Origin: Tubulanus polymorphus
Taxonomy: Eukaryota > Animalia > Nemertea
Length of the DNA stretch: 64,000 nt
Assembly: GCF_964204645.1 (NCBI RefSeq)
Contig: NC_134027.1
Span: forward strand, 15,532,485-15,596,484
Direction: 5' to 3'
The notes below the pieces were generated by a model, which had not been told where the DNA came from, did no database searches, and was given only the letters and a program-made list of their open reading frames with translations. Positions within the stretch are counted from its first letter, which is position 1. The number at the start of each line of letters is the position of its first letter. A program made the position numbers and the translations under genes. Below, one piece after another: positions 14,338 through 28,477 of this stretch.

Positions 14338-15990
14338 CTGTAAGAAAAAAAAAAATTATCTAAATTAAAGATAGATACTTTCAACGTACGTATTACATGC
14401 TTTATAAAAGGTAACTTGCAATTGTTTCATCAAACAGTATTTTCAAACTGACACCAGTGACTAGCCCAGTATATATTATAGTTGAAATATACCATATACC
14501 ATTTCCTCCAATAAGCCAACATTTCAAATAAGTCGAGGGCATGTTTTAGCCTGAAATACATGGATTCCATAAAGATTCACCCAATAAGCCGAGGCCCATC
14601 ATCAAAGATTTCAATTCACTGATTTGTCAATTAGTTTATCTTAATTGACGATGTAAGAGGCTGACAATACATGCCGGCGCCGGTGATGTGTGAGAGTCCT
14701 ATGCATACTATCATAGCCTAGTCACTGTTCTATATTTAGAATCACTCAGGTGATGACTAGTACACACATCCTCCCTTGGCAGGAATCGAACCTGATGGAC
14801 TGATTTCAATTATATCCTACACAATATTGGTCTACCTATATGGTGTTTTCTAATGCAAATTAGGATTGTTTAAAATTCATCTGCATATAGATACAAACGT
14901 TCTCTCCATCAATGTAACTCTGGGCGTATGCATAATCAATTTGGGTTCAAATAATCTTTTTATTTATCGATTATCCTTTATCAATAATAATATAAGGTTA
15001 ACGGGTTCATTGATTTAACTATACGTGTTACTAAAACAAGAGAGCTATCATCACAGCTCTGCAGTAGAGTTAAGTTCCAAATATTGCAACATGGAATTTT
15101 GCACAGTACAAGATGTCTAAACTATCTTCTTCTATCTAGCTGATGTCAGTTGATAGTATGTGTGGACTACATGCACTGTGAATTGTGATACCTATTACTG
15201 ATCAATAGACAGTGAACGTGCATTATATCTCATATCTGTGTCACAATTTACAAAATAAATACAGATAATAAGGCCCCAAAAATGATCGTTAACGCAAAAG
15301 TTCATAAAAACGAATCCAATTAATTAAGATAAATGTTGTTTACTTAAGTACCATAAGCAAATTTTCAGCCTTGCTTGGACTACAATTTATGATCTTCAAA
15401 TTGGTTGTAGTCCAACTGATTGTAACAAGCAAAGTACACCGTGCATCAACATGGCATCATCAACACAGTATAAGGATCCTTATCATTTTACTTTCAAAGC
15501 TTAGTTGAACTAAATCGGATGACAATTACTAGTTCATTACTTTTGAAGTGGAGAAAAACATCAGTGACATACAATGGACCGGTATGCACCACTGAAAGAC
15601 GCTAGTTACGCACATCCATGAATGAGTGCCGGTCTAATATTTGGTGTCCAAAATACATTTCTAAGCCTTATATTATTTACAAAAATGAAAGGAACCAAGA
15701 TTGTGTAATTGTGTTTAAGTTTTGGACTTAATTTCGAGGGTAAAGCTACCAAAACGACATAACAAGCAGTTTAGCAAGAAACTTGGTCCACTAGAGGGAA
15801 AAAGGTCCTGTCCTCTCGAGGTCCAGTTTTTATAATAACAGTGAAAACATATTACATTGTTCATTCTACAACTCTTTTTATTATGCAGATCTGTTCACTT
15901 TAAAAACATCCCATGGGGCTATGGTGAGACTGAAGCTCAGACAGTGGTAGGCAGGAACATATATGTCAGATCGCTTTCTTTTACCTATTC

Positions 15991-16359
15991 CAGGGATGAA
16001 AACAGCCCATATTGAAAAATTCGGAAGATTTTTTCAAAAAAAAGATATTTTTCTGGGAACAAAAATCAGTAACTTTTAGCCAAAAAACTTACTTCCTTTT
16101 GGTCAAAATGTTAATAGTTTGGGCCTGAATAAGAGCCTCTTTTTGAATGAGACGCCATATTGGTTTCTCCGACTCCACAGTTGTGCTTACAACTGCCGAA
16201 AACCGTCTTAAGGAGCACACCTAACAACGGAGCAGTCCGATGTGACACCCGCGATTGAGGTGATTAAAGCAATTGAGGTGATTTACACTGTTCTCAGGAA
16301 TAAAGAAAATGTTAGAAAAGGTCGGAAATCCGTCTATGGTCGGAAGATTTTCATCCCTA
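15991..16359. mobile_element. hAT-like MITE with 6-bp TSD
   Basis: Termini CAGGGATGAAAA / TTTTCATCCCTA; CTATTC directly repeated on both sides. Confidence 0.72.
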
Positions 16360-16583
16360 CTATTCACAGAAACGTTCAGGAAATCTGACTCAATGTGTAA
16401 GAAAGTTAAGTACCAACAGCTAGCCCCACAGTTTTCCTTGCCATAATAGATAAATCCTGAATACTGCAGGGATCCCAGAGGGCTTTCAGCAAATCCACGG
16501 AAATATCTGATGTTACAATACAAGAGGCCCATGGGCCATGAAGCATTGGTAGATTATACTATGGTAAGCTATTCAGTGGTTAA

Positions 16584-17212
16584 AGGGGAACTGCAGTCAA
16601 AAAATTATAATTGGCCATTCATTTCTACTCTTGTTGTTGCTTAGCGTAACGCTAGTTGAAATTTCCAATTCTTCCTAATTAACTTCTATACAACGATTTT
16701 AATACTGTTATCAGCAGAATTTACAGCAGATGAGAGCCGCCATATTTAAATTCCAAAGTGAGGCAAGTAAACATTGATGACGTATCCCGGCCCATCACAC
16801 ACTACAGTGTGTACACAAATAGATACACTCATTGAAGATCTCAGTTGAAAATTGCAATTGAAATACTCCTGCTGGGCTGCCAGTGGGGTCTACTTTTATT
16901 TATCCTCTCACTGTGTGAAACATATCCAAATAATTGCTGGTGTGACATTATGCTGCAGTTTAGAACTGTTGAACTGCAAGTGATGAAAACACTATGAATA
17001 GCAGCAGTAACATGTATCGCAGTGGGCCAAACTACATCACAGCCAAGAGAAAAGCATCTGCTACGTGAAGAAATGGCGGCGGTCAGGCACTCTACAAAAC
17101 CCTCTTTTTTGGATAAAGTATTAGATGAAATGTTTTTCTGCTTTTTTGAAAATTTATTTATAAAGGTGTCCAACACATATAGTTATAAAAAATTTTGCAC
17201 TGCAGTTCCCCT
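16584..17212. mobile_element. Non-autonomous Kolobok-type element (629 bp)
   Basis: 14-bp perfect TIR AGGGGAACTGCAGT, with TTAA at 16580-16583 and 17213-17216. Confidence 0.82.
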
Positions 17213-17234
17213 TTAATGCTTTAAATCTGCCGGA

Positions 17235-18700
17235 GATGAAGACCCTGATGAACTTTGTTGGCACAAAGCCAAGTCCCTTTCAACAGTCCCAAAATAACCG
17301 CCGTGATGATGCAAAAGCGTCGAAACCTTGCAAGCACTTGACTCATAAGAAGCGAGAGAGTCCCGCGTTTGGGAAGAAGTGCAGCAAGTGCCAGCGTCTT
17401 AATCACTTAGGCAAATTTAGTCTATCTACATTAAATATCTGCGAGTGATATCATGTAGAAAAGAAATTAAGTGAATTTTGGTGACATCCGAGGCGTTCAT
17501 GTTATAACGGACGACATGATCACAGCAGAAGATGATCACGATCATGATGAAATAATCCACATGGTCATGCTGCCCGAACGTGAAAGGGGTGCCACATTCA
17601 ACAAGCCAAAACTCAAGATCAAAGTACCAGAGGTTTCCAGAGGCAATACTGTTAGCTCTGACACGATGTTTCGCTCCCCGATTAACGATCAGACTGGGCA
17701 ATAGTCAGTCAGCACCATTAAGCATGGATTGCCAGAACGACAGCCAAGCCTATCGCCCGACATAATAGACTACTGGAATGATCATGACAAGCTACTTGTT
17801 GTCGACGGTGTCGTGGCGAAAGGTAGTCGCAACGTCATACTGGCTACTTTGCCATCACAAATGCTAGAACTGCTACATGAGGGACATCTCGGAGAAGAGA
17901 ATAAAAAAGCTTGTGCCAGGCAAGTCCTGTATAGGCCCGGGATCAATGGCGACATTGATTGCATGGTGTCCACATGCGGCGTATGCCTGGAACACGCTGA
18001 CTGGTCAGCGAAGGAACCACTCCCATCGTTCCCAATACCAGACCGCCCATGACATTGTCTTGTTGCTGACATAATCGAATTTAAGGGTCGCAAATACCTC
18101 GTTGTAGCCGATTGCTACTCGAAGTACCATAATCAATTGCATGAAATCCATATTTCCCCGCCATGGCATTCCCGAAAGGTTGATATGCGATAACATGCCG
18201 TTCTCGAGCAGAGAATTTCTACGCTTTGCAGATTAGTGGGGATTCCAGGTCACCACTTCCAGTCAACAGTTCAAGTTTCCTCAATCGAATGGTTTTAGCG
18301 AGAGGGCTGTTAGAATAGTGGATGCTCAAGAAAACCGAAGATGAGGACTTGGATCAATACATTGCTTTGTTACAGTATATCAGGAATGTCGTTAAGTAGA
18401 CAACTACGCACAACACTGCCGATTGTTCCAGATTTGTCGTACCCGAGCACCATCCGACAAATCATGGCAACCAGCGATTGTAGAACATCACTCCGGATTT
18501 TCGCGATCATTTGCATAAGTCGCAATGGAGCGAGTTACCGCAGATACAGGCTTCATCTAGTGAAAACCCCTGAACCGGTTCCTGTCGACAATATGCCCGC
18601 AGACATTGATGACACTCAATTGTCTGATAACGACAAACACCCGGAAACACCTCCAGAGGAGAAGTGGACCCGGAATCGGCCAACCAAAATACCTCGAGGA
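17235..18700 (+). mobile_element. Heavily deleted Ty3/Gypsy LTR-retrotransposon internal relic
   Basis: Gag knuckle remnant (PAFGKKCSKCQRLNH), RT fragment (GVHVITDDMI), integrase Zn finger (LHEGHLG...CGVC) and core (FPRHGIPERLICDN, PQSNGFSERAV). No LTRs recognised. Confidence 0.8.
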
Positions 18701-20839
18701 TTAAGTTACTTGTTAAGTGTCCAAATTATGTGGTCAAGTGCTAGCAACCTCTGATCATCGCGTGTGTTCTTGTGTGTTGAGTTTTGCGTAAAATTATACT
18801 CAATTCATTTGTTAAACTGATTAGCTTTCAGTTTTACTTTGCTTTATTGTGTAATTATTTTCTGTGACAAAAGCTAAGTGTTTAAAAATCTGTGACATTT
18901 TAATGCTTCCTGGGACAGCAGGATAAACAATGAAATTCTGTAGCTGTCCAGCAAAATTCGGGACGGTTGGCAGCTCTGGCTAATGGACTGGTTGCGTGTC
19001 AAATTCTGAGTCTAGACTGGTTGCCTGTCTAAATGCATGTGTACCGTCTTAACCGTACAGCTCCACTCTCCGATTTCACACCACCTCACTTTCTATAGTG
19101 TACTATCGATCAACTATCAGGCTTATGATAGCAGCACTACGTGAGCATCGTCATTCTGTAGCCATCATCGCTAACATTGACAATGCTGTAATAGCGAATT
19201 GGAAAAGCTAATCCTATTTTTACATCAAATTAACATCGATCTCGGAGACCAAAAAATCACCAACAAAACAGCAGATTTCCGCTGATCGCAGAACTCAGGG
19301 ATGTGACTGCTAGGGCTACTGACTGCTAGGGCCAGTGTTAACTTGCTTGATTATGTGATCCATAGAGTATAGAAAATTAAATTATAAAAAATTTATGATA
19401 ATTTGCCTCAGGCAAAGTGGTGTGTTCACCTTTCTGCTATCTAGAAGAACGTACAATTATACATGTATTCATTTTGATTTTCACTTGCGTGGCTGATAGT
19501 TTTGGTTTAAATATGTCCAGAAAACTATAAGGGCTCTGGGTAGCATGACACAAAATTTGATATTGGCTGTGTGCTTTAGTGATGCTTTGTATTTAGCATA
19601 AAAATGCAGGAAGCCAATTAAACAGTTCCAAAATTCGTATTTTCAGCCCACCAGCTCATTTTATTCCTGATGGATGTGGCAATATTTTCCTATAGGTTTA
19701 GATTTTGTTCAATGCACTATCCAATCATTCCAGCAGTTTCAATCGGCATCTTGAATGCACATACATATAGATGATGAGACAGGAGAGCGCAGTAGTGCAG
19801 CGCGTGTAAACGTGAATACAGAGTATACATACACTTTGTCATGCACTGCAGTGTGTATGTACGTACATTAGATATATGGGATATGGGATATATAGATATA
19901 TTTAATGTGTATGCACTGTTATGCGAAGAGTGCCAATATACCACAAAAACATCGTCAAGCACACTAATTAGCCTCCGGCAATAGCAAATGAAAAAGCGCA
20001 CACAACTGTGTGGAACGATTAAATCTCATTTCAACAACGATGCTTAACATTTGTTGACTGCCTTTCTCCAAAAACGGCGTGTCACCACCAGCTCAGGCTG
20101 GTGCCATCGTCTTTTAATTTTTCAAAGAAAGAATGTATTTTGTAGTCAAAACCAAGCTAGGACTATAGAAATTGCCACACTTACTAAGTTCGAGACACTA
20201 AATAAGAAGCCGACTCCATTATAATCCTCACAAACGAACAAACTATTAGCAAACTAACCTCGGCACGAATGTCAAATGAATTGCTTGCCATTTTGTGATT
20301 CCCAAAATTACGTCAGAGGTGCCGAAATTCCTGGAAATTTCGAGAATTTCCCGTATTCACGTCGGAAACACAAATATAGGTCAACACAAGTAACTTATAG
20401 AAAGCGATGAATTTTCGAAAAATATTGCATCATCCGTTCGAAGCTTACTGGCCTGACCTCCGCGCATCAATTCTACTTGCTTAACGATAAAAGACAACAA
20501 CGTGAGTATTACAACTAAATTTTGTGCTGCGATTTAACATACACTTGGCAGACTGCCAACCAACAGCCATAACATAGGTAAACCAAAAACTATATTTTTT
20601 CCGTGACAAAAGCCATTTTTTTTAAAATCTGTAACATTTTATTGTTTCCGAGAACACAGGGAAAACCCATAAAATTCTGTGAAAGTCGAATAATATGCAG
20701 CATGGTTGGCAGCTCTGTGATGGTATACTGGGCTAAATCGAACAGATATATGGTGGTTGATAATATGAGTAAAAGCAAGTGACGAGTTGAAGCCTCTTGT
20801 TCTAACTGCATGTAGTGAAGTAACTAGAATTAGAATTAC

Positions 20840-20950
20840 CTAAGCGCAGATTTATAGCCCCTGATTATAGTTTTCTTCTCTTCTGGCTCTTCTACCCAAT
20901 ATTCACTAGGAGTTACAAAATCAGACGTCACCCTACATTCAGGACACGCC
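20840..20950 (-). CDS. MKRN1: Makorin exon: RING finger C-terminal part
   Basis: (R)ACPECRVTSDFVTPSEYWVEEPEEKKTIIRGYKSAL(S). tttcag/gtaatt boundaries; 111 nt, phase 2-2. Not in the ORF track. Confidence 0.95.
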
Positions 20951-21643
20951 CTGAAACAAAAAACATGCATATATAATAGTTAAGAATTCATTAATTCAAA
21001 AAATCTTCCAAAATGATAAAATGCCCTTTGAAATGTCTTGTGAAATGACTGGAAACAGTGTTCAACAGAGATTACATCAGAAAAACGCGCACCAGCACAC
21101 ATAATCAATTACAGCGAGCACATGTTCAAATCAATGATTTAAAAGTCTTATTTCTCAATAAAGGCTTAACAAAAATTCGAACCAGTAGCACATTCATAAT
21201 TTGTGAACAGATAAGTTTATAGAATAACTTATACACGATATTTCCTCAAGTGGCTGGCAGAGGCTTGACACACCTACTATGACAATTTACCTTGTCACAG
21301 ACAATGCAATTCCTAGCTTCCTGAGAGATTTGACAGAGGCATAAACCCAAATTGGGATGTTATGCCAAATTCTCTGCCAAATTTCATGTAAATGTTTTAA
21401 GAAATGATGGCTGTAAAATGGCAGCAAGAAAATCAAGATGTCTGCCCTAGCGACCATATTGGACACATGATGACCTCCATTTTCAATAGTGGTGAACATC
21501 TTACCTGCCCTAATCCTCAAAACATGTTTCATGTAAATCCATCAAGAATTGTAGGCTCTCCAACCCTTCTGAAAGGCTTAACTCTGATATCATCAAGAAA
21601 CAAGGTCAAGCATTGAATTGTAGAGTTGGGAAAAATACATTAA

Positions 21644-22662
21644 CTCTTTCCGTGTTGAATATATCATTGATTAATGGTATTCAGCTGTGATGAATTAGTT
21701 CATTGTTTTAGAACAATTTTGTAGTATTTTTTTCAAAGCCTTATTGCAGTCGTTCTAATGGAAATAGCATAATAATAGTTATAATTTTCTTGGAGCTTAT
21801 GACCTCAGCTACCAGAATATTATTTTCAAAAATTCAACTTGGGGTCTTGGGGTCTATGGGGGTCAAGTAGACCCCTCAAAACAGTAAAATTTTGCAGTAT
21901 ATATTTACTATGTAATACTTCTAAAAGAAATTAGAGATATATATTCAAAAATATTCAAAAAGACATTTAGAAGAAAAATCCATGGTTTTTGGGGTCCAGG
22001 GTCCTGATCATGCACATCTACCCATTGACGAGCGGGCTGCAGGGCTTGTTGATGACCTCCACGGCCTCGACCACGACCACGACCTCAACCACGCCCTCGA
22101 CCCCTAGCTGGAGCAGTGACAGCTGGAGCAGGTACGGCTGGATCGGTGTCCCTTCCAGAGCCGTCTGAAGGAAGCGCTGGTGGTGGTTCCTCGTCACTTT
22201 GACTTGCTTCATCGCTTTCAAATGTGTTTCCACTTTCATTATCACTTTCATCTACATTATCATCATCATTGCCGCTATCAAAAACGTCATCTCTGACGAG
22301 ATCTCATTTATATATCGCAACATATAAATGTATGCGAGTCTATATAACGCTGTAGCCGCGTATTGTATACATTCATATATGTATGCACTAAGCGCCTAGC
22401 TACTAACACAGTTAGAATGTATGTCAGTGCATCTAACCATTCAAAACACGTGTAGTGACATTGAAATTCATGGAAGCTCAGCTAGTAGTAACCGCCTACA
22501 TGTGGGTGATTAGCTTAGATGCTTCGAATAGCTTTATCGACTAGCCAATCAGCGATGAATTCACCTGATTGACATCGGCGAATATTTTCGCCAACAGCGT
22601 TCTAAGATAACCAATTTCACATCAATTCTCCGCGAACCGGTTCGCCGACGACATCGAAAGAG
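21644..22662 (-). mobile_element. Internally deleted piggyBac-like element
   Basis: TTAA flanks; TIR CTCTTTCCGTGTTG vs CTCTTTCGATGTCG. Minus-strand acidic and RG-repeat peptide relic resembles a piggyBac transposase N-terminus. Confidence 0.72.
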
Positions 22663-22753
22663 TTAAAATTCTGCACATTTTCTCCTAGCAGATCCAAATG
22701 GCGTAGTTTGGGTAGCCTAATAGCATTAATCTGTTCTTAAGTTGACGGCTTAA

Positions 22754-23538
22754 TCCTTTCAATACCACATAGTGTCTCTGCTGCTTTACCGGAGGGAATT
22801 TAGGGGTTTATAGGGGTATATTTGAGGCTTCATAGAATAGTTACCAAGGCATCTTACAGAAAAATTATATAGCATGTTGTTGATAACCTTTGGGCCAACA
22901 AAGTATACATAAATAATTTGGATGTAAGTGAATTTGAGGTCAAGATCACATACTCCAAGATGGCCGCCATGAAAAAAATTCACGAATAAGTTTCAGATAA
23001 ATTGCTCAGTCTCCCAGGAAAATGCACTGATCTATTCAATTTCAACTGAAATTGTATGCCATATATCCTTACTTTTTACGTAGTAAAAATTTCAAAGCAA
23101 TAGAACAACTAAAAAATCTATTTTTCCACTCATTTATCCACTTTTCCACTGATATGTCAGAAGGCCGGATGTAAGGTGTTTCATTGGGGTATAATTTCAG
23201 GCCTCAGAAAATTGTTACCTATGTATTTGACACTGATATATTATATACCATGGTGTTGATAACCTTTGGACTTACAAATAAGACAAACAATTTGGATATA
23301 TGTGACCTTGAGGATGGACGGTTTCTGGTTCTTCATTATTGTTATTGGTGTCCGTTGCCATGACAACCGGATCAACAGGGTCAGAAAAATTTGTTACTTA
23401 TTTCATTTTCATCAAAATCATTGCTGGCACAAAACTATTTTCTGACTAAGTCTCATCATCTGAACAGCACTTTCATATTCGTTGTCACTCTCAATTTGTT
23501 CACTACCAAATTCCAAGTCACCAGCATCGTATCTGTCA
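22754..23538. mobile_element. Truncated copy of the 59768-60652 piggyBac-like family
   Basis: Reverse-complement similarity to ~59890-60652; TTAA at 22750-22753. Confidence 0.72.
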
Positions 23539-23616
23539 ATTTTTTGTTGAAATGCCCCGAAATATAGCACGACAGGCCAATCTATTTTCAAGTTATAAAC
23601 ACCATCACACCTTTAA

Positions 23617-24133
23617 CTCTTTCCTGCCCACTCCCGGTATGTACCGGGTTCAGGGAACCCGTCCATATTGTCCGCTCCCGGTATATACCGGGTTGACGTC
23701 ACTCATTCACCAGCGGCTGTGAGCCATACCAGGCACTGTACTAGCTAATAATCATCAGAAAACCATCACACTAGGACGTACTGCCATCTGCCGAATTGTT
23801 ACCACACTAATTCAAGAGTTTTAGGTGACGTTTTATAAATATAATTGTCTATTGTGGAGCCGTTTTGTGGAGCTGTTATTTCATGTATTTCCTGGTTTCT
23901 ACATCGACACGGACAGCTACACAGCTATTGTTTTGGTATGTATCGCTTATATACCTTACTGAGAATGCTTGTTTGATGCTTGACAGTATTTTTTTGTGAT
24001 AATAGCATGATTATTCGGGTGTTCTACGTCCATTTGTGGGCCAAAAATAGGGGTACTTAGTCATATATTTTATTTACAGAGGCCTGTGGGCACAGGATAC
24101 TGGATAAAAATGAAGTATCCGGGCACGAAAGGG
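23617..24133. mobile_element. piggyBac-like MITE (517 bp) in the ISL2EU transposase
   Basis: TTAA duplication; TIR CTCTTTCCTGCCC vs CCCTTTCGTGCCC. Removal restores HTF-KCL. Confidence 0.8.
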
Positions 24134-24321
24134 TTAAGTGCTTAATTGCTGTGGCACCGAACGCTGCTGTTTTTGTGTCGGATCTGTTTGAAGGAGCAGT
24201 CAGTGATAGGGAAATTTTTGGAAAATGTGGTATCATCAACTATTTAGAACCTGGGGATTTGGTACTAGCAGATCGTGGTTTCAATGTTGAAGATCTTCTG
24301 ATGTCTCGACAGGTTCACCTT

Positions 24322-26439
24322 CTCAGTGATAGTACGGCCTGAGTCAAACTCGAGAGCGAGTTGCAGATGGTGAACAGCGCACCACACGGCTTAAAATATA
24401 ATCGTTGAACTGATACAGATAAAAATAGACTGTCGAGGAAAGTCCCTGTCTTATCATCTGGCTCATGGCACCTCACTTCCCACAGGTCGTTATTTTCACA
24501 GTTAATGACGGTATCGGCTTACATAGTAAGTGCTAATACACAAACATATTTTGCTACTGTTTGACTGAGTAGAATCAGGGACTTCCTGGTAGGATCATGA
24601 GAACAGACCATCGAAACACATCAACGCGATACTAGTGACAAAATCAAGATATCTTTCATTTTCATCGTCACAATAAATAAGACATTGAATCGACAAATAA
24701 TAATTAATGATAACAATTTAATAGTTTTAATTTGATTTATCAAATTCATCTATTATCAAATGATTCATTTATCATTAAAATCATATAAACGATTTTATTC
24801 TTTTTAGAACCGATATCAATCATAGCGAGTATAACTTAATTTTGGTTAAATAATTTTAAGGTTTATGAATTAAAAACTAACCCGATTCAGTTTATTAATA
24901 TGATATTCAAGTCTTTTGGCGTCACATTTCGTATGATCGCGTCTTGATAAAAAACAAGTAACTTATGAAATTTGCAGAATCGACGAAGCTTCTTCAGAAA
25001 TGTTTCTAGCTATTGTATCAACTGCGGCCACAAGGATTATGACCCCTAGCAACTTGAGGTGGTGTTCGAATCGCCGCAATGAATGCAAAATATATATTTG
25101 CTATTGAGATGGAAGAACGATCCGACTAATAGAACTAAATACGATGTAATTATTGATGGTTTAACTCGTAGTTATGTTGCTCCGGCCAAAGTAAGTGACG
25201 ATTCTGCCAGTTCGATAAAATATTAGGACAAACAGGTAACAGAATAACATTCTAATAATCCGCGAACGACGAATTCACCAACGTGCTTTAAAACGATAAA
25301 TAATTTCACTATAGCGGTAAAAATGTCCAGTCATTAAATTTTATTCATCAGTATATTTAAATGCCGCGATTTGAAAATTCAGCGAAAGAAAACACCCGCT
25401 TAAGAAATAGTGCAGGCCACATTTTACCAGCACGGTAGTTTGTGTATAATGTTTACAGGAACACATCTGGCTCACACCAGTTACACACAGTACAATAATG
25501 ACGATTCAAAAAAACTTTTTTCATATATCTTTGAAATCATTTTGATCATATTCTTTTTCTTAGTTATATTTCACTGATTCCATGGATTCCATGGATTCCT
25601 TTTGTTCAATTTCGATGAAATTTTGACACAACATTGCTGATAAGGAGCTTAGATGGTATTGAAATATTCAGTTTTATACAATTTTTAAGTAAAAAGTTTT
25701 ATGACTCCCAAAGTATGCACTAGAGAGCTGCACCTGTTTGGTTTATGGTTTTATGACTCTAGGTTACTGTGTGAAGTTTGTTGCACCGCTTGTGTCCCGG
25801 TACTAGTAGAGTATTTCCAGGCAGTTCGCGCCAGCTACCGTATGTAGGCCAGCTCTCGGTGACCTTTTTCTCCCTGCAACCAGGATATTTCACATCATTG
25901 ATACGGATATAGCCGAGTCGAAAAGGCGATGACATCACCAAAATTACTAATATAGCAGGATTTTATCGGAATAAGATTTCAACTCTTCCATTTCTTCAAG
26001 ATTTCCATCTTAATGTAGAAAAAAACCGGGAATTCATAAACCAATTATCTGTGAGTTATGGTTCTGTCTGTGCAAAAATAGCCCATTTCGAGGCTAAAGT
26101 ACTGAATTAATCATTCCAAACTACATATTTTCCCAGGATCTTTTAGAATAGTGTAGGTTGGAGCATTGGAAACATAAATCAACTCGTGAGCTTTAATAGG
26201 AAAATCCCGCTCATCTCATTTTTTTCTGAGCGACGGAAGTTTTCAGGATAGATTTTTGTAGCGCAAATGATGTTCTATCTGAAAACAAATTACATACACA
26301 GATTGCCCAAAATCTTCTTCTTTGAATAAAGCAAGAATTAAGAGAATCGGATGAATAATAACGAAGTTATGACCATTTTAAATAGACAAGATGCGCTCTG
26401 CAGCGCACTATACATTGACCCGCGCCGCACTATCCTGAG
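24322..26439. mobile_element. ~2.1-kb non-coding TIR element, superfamily unclear
   Basis: Imperfect ~25-bp TIR CTCAGTGATAGTACGGCCTGAGTCAA vs CTCAGGATAGTGCGGCGCGGGTCAA. Sits at a TTAA in the transposase (VHL|NIPP); left TSD incomplete. Confidence 0.65.
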
Positions 26440-28477
26440 TTAATATCCCACCTTCTATAAATGGAAGGGATAGACTTACTCCACAGGAAGAAATATTGAC
26501 CAGAAAAATAGCAAAGGCCAGGATTCAAGTTGAGCGCTATAATCTTATTTCAGGAACAATGCCTCTAAACATGACTCCTCTAGCTTCTCAAGCTGTTTTT
26601 GTAGCCTGCTGCCTCTTGTCAATTTTCAAACTCCATTGGCAACATAAAGAAAGAACAAATTTGAGTAAATGAATGATAAATTATATTTTTGTTCAATTTA
26701 CCAGTATTATAAAAATGAATTAAATGTATTATACATTTGTACATGGATCATAATTTGAAAATATATAAGAATTTGTATCATATCTCAAATCTAACTGTAC
26801 ATTACAAAAGGTTTTAAGTTTCTTGGAATACGCATCTCAAAGATTTCAGGGGCAATGATGGCCCCCCAAAATTTTAAGTCTGAGGTAAACATCTGAGATC
26901 AAACTTTTATTCGGATAGATTCTTTCAACTGAAGGATCACCTTTCTCTGAGTATAATATAAAGTCACACCAATTGAACCCAGTAACACCTAATTGATATT
27001 GCACTTGATAGTAATACTGATGGCTTTGTTTGAGGACTAGTTTGTTTCCAAAAATGTTGAAACACGCAGACCTAATTATACTTTTGTCTGATTGATAGGC
27101 AGCTATCAGGTCCCTAACAGAAAACATTTCCAGTAATTTGAGGCATTTCCAGTATACCATACTCATTCAATGGTGGAATATACAATAAGCCATCAGGGCT
27201 GCAGGATAGTTAAGGAAATTCTCGATTGACCCAGAGCCCAGTTTTACTGACAATGTAATTAGGATTGGTGCTAGAATATATCCGTCGAGCTTCATCCTCC
27301 AAGTCATTACCTCTTTGCATGTAAGCTGTAGTATTTTTATCAATACCCCATACGTTTTTCATGATGTAATTTTGAAGGCGAAATAAAACACAGCTAGAAA
27401 GATCCTGGTTGACTGCTTTCCACAACATGAATCTTTCTTTAGCAGTAAAAGCAGTCATCCTAAGATATCGATTGGAATACCAAGCATCACATGTGGATTA
27501 ATTTTCAGTATTGGGTACCATCAAATCATTTTTACTAAACAACTGTCCAGTGGGTGAAAGATTAGATTTCACGAGATTTTTCCAATCTATAAGTACACAT
27601 TTTTTACTGGTCAACGGGTAATCATCATATTGATAAGACAGCAGAGTCTGCCACATGCTGGGTGATTTTTGCAGAGATAAATCCCCTAGAAAATTGTTTT
27701 TTGCAATCATACTGATCGTTGTGATTTTCAGGCCTCGGGTCAAATTTAATTATTTCATTGTTTGGCTTTGAACTATGATATCCTTCAGCTCACTTCAATC
27801 TCCAGATACTGCATGGGAATTTTGATAAATCCACGTTGTAAAGGCACTGTCGAGCCGTAAACATCGGAAATTTGGCTCCGTTCAATTAGTAGCCATGTTG
27901 TGTTTTCTTTCCGAAATTTCTCTCTTCTTTATGAGGAAGAGCTATCGAATTATTCCCTCTCTTCTCCACAATCAATTTCAAAGTCAATTTTATGAATTTA
28001 TTGCTCAGCGGGTCCGAGTCCAATAGTTTACGAGTCCGGCGTTCGCGTATCTGACAGGTTTACGGGCATTTGTTCGTTACCTCTTTAATATTTTTGATTT
28101 CTTGTTATTCCGGTTATTTCATTTAAGTATATTGCTGATCAGTTCATGTAACCAAAAGCGTCAATAAACAGATTTTGAATTGATCAAGTTTAAATCAAGG
28201 TCGTTGAGTCGCGGAGGGCTACTAGAATTACGGTGCAGAATTACGTTTGTCTCAGAGAGAAAACAAACGACAGAAAAGTATCAGGTGATTATCGATAGCC
28301 TACTACGGTACACACAGTTGACAAACAGTGTTAGGCCTGTGCCGGTTGGTGCGTACTGGGATTAAATATACTGGTTGGTCAGTTGGTTCGGTTGTGAAGT
28401 GTGGAAGCTAAGAAAGCCTACCGGTATTTATTTGTCTATAGGCCTATTATATAGTAGCCAATACCATTTTTTAAGTA

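Larger units (their letters stand above)
23540..26650 (+). pseudogene. DDE_Tnp_4 (Harbinger/ISL2EU) transposase relic split by two insertions
   Basis: Removing inserts 23617-24133 and ~24322-26439 restores FFVEMPRNIARQANLFSSYKHHHTF-KCLIAVAPNAAVFVSDLFEGAVSDREI...LADRGFNVEDLLMSRQVHL-NIPP...TRKIAKARIQVER. Confidence 0.85.

Noticed and set aside
26846-27458. Viral or phage recombinase insertion (horizontal transfer)
   Set aside because: The YqaJ-like relic has a spliceosomal intron, a SAP-like N-terminus and a convergent DDE_Tnp_4 partner, as expected for ISL2EU transposons.
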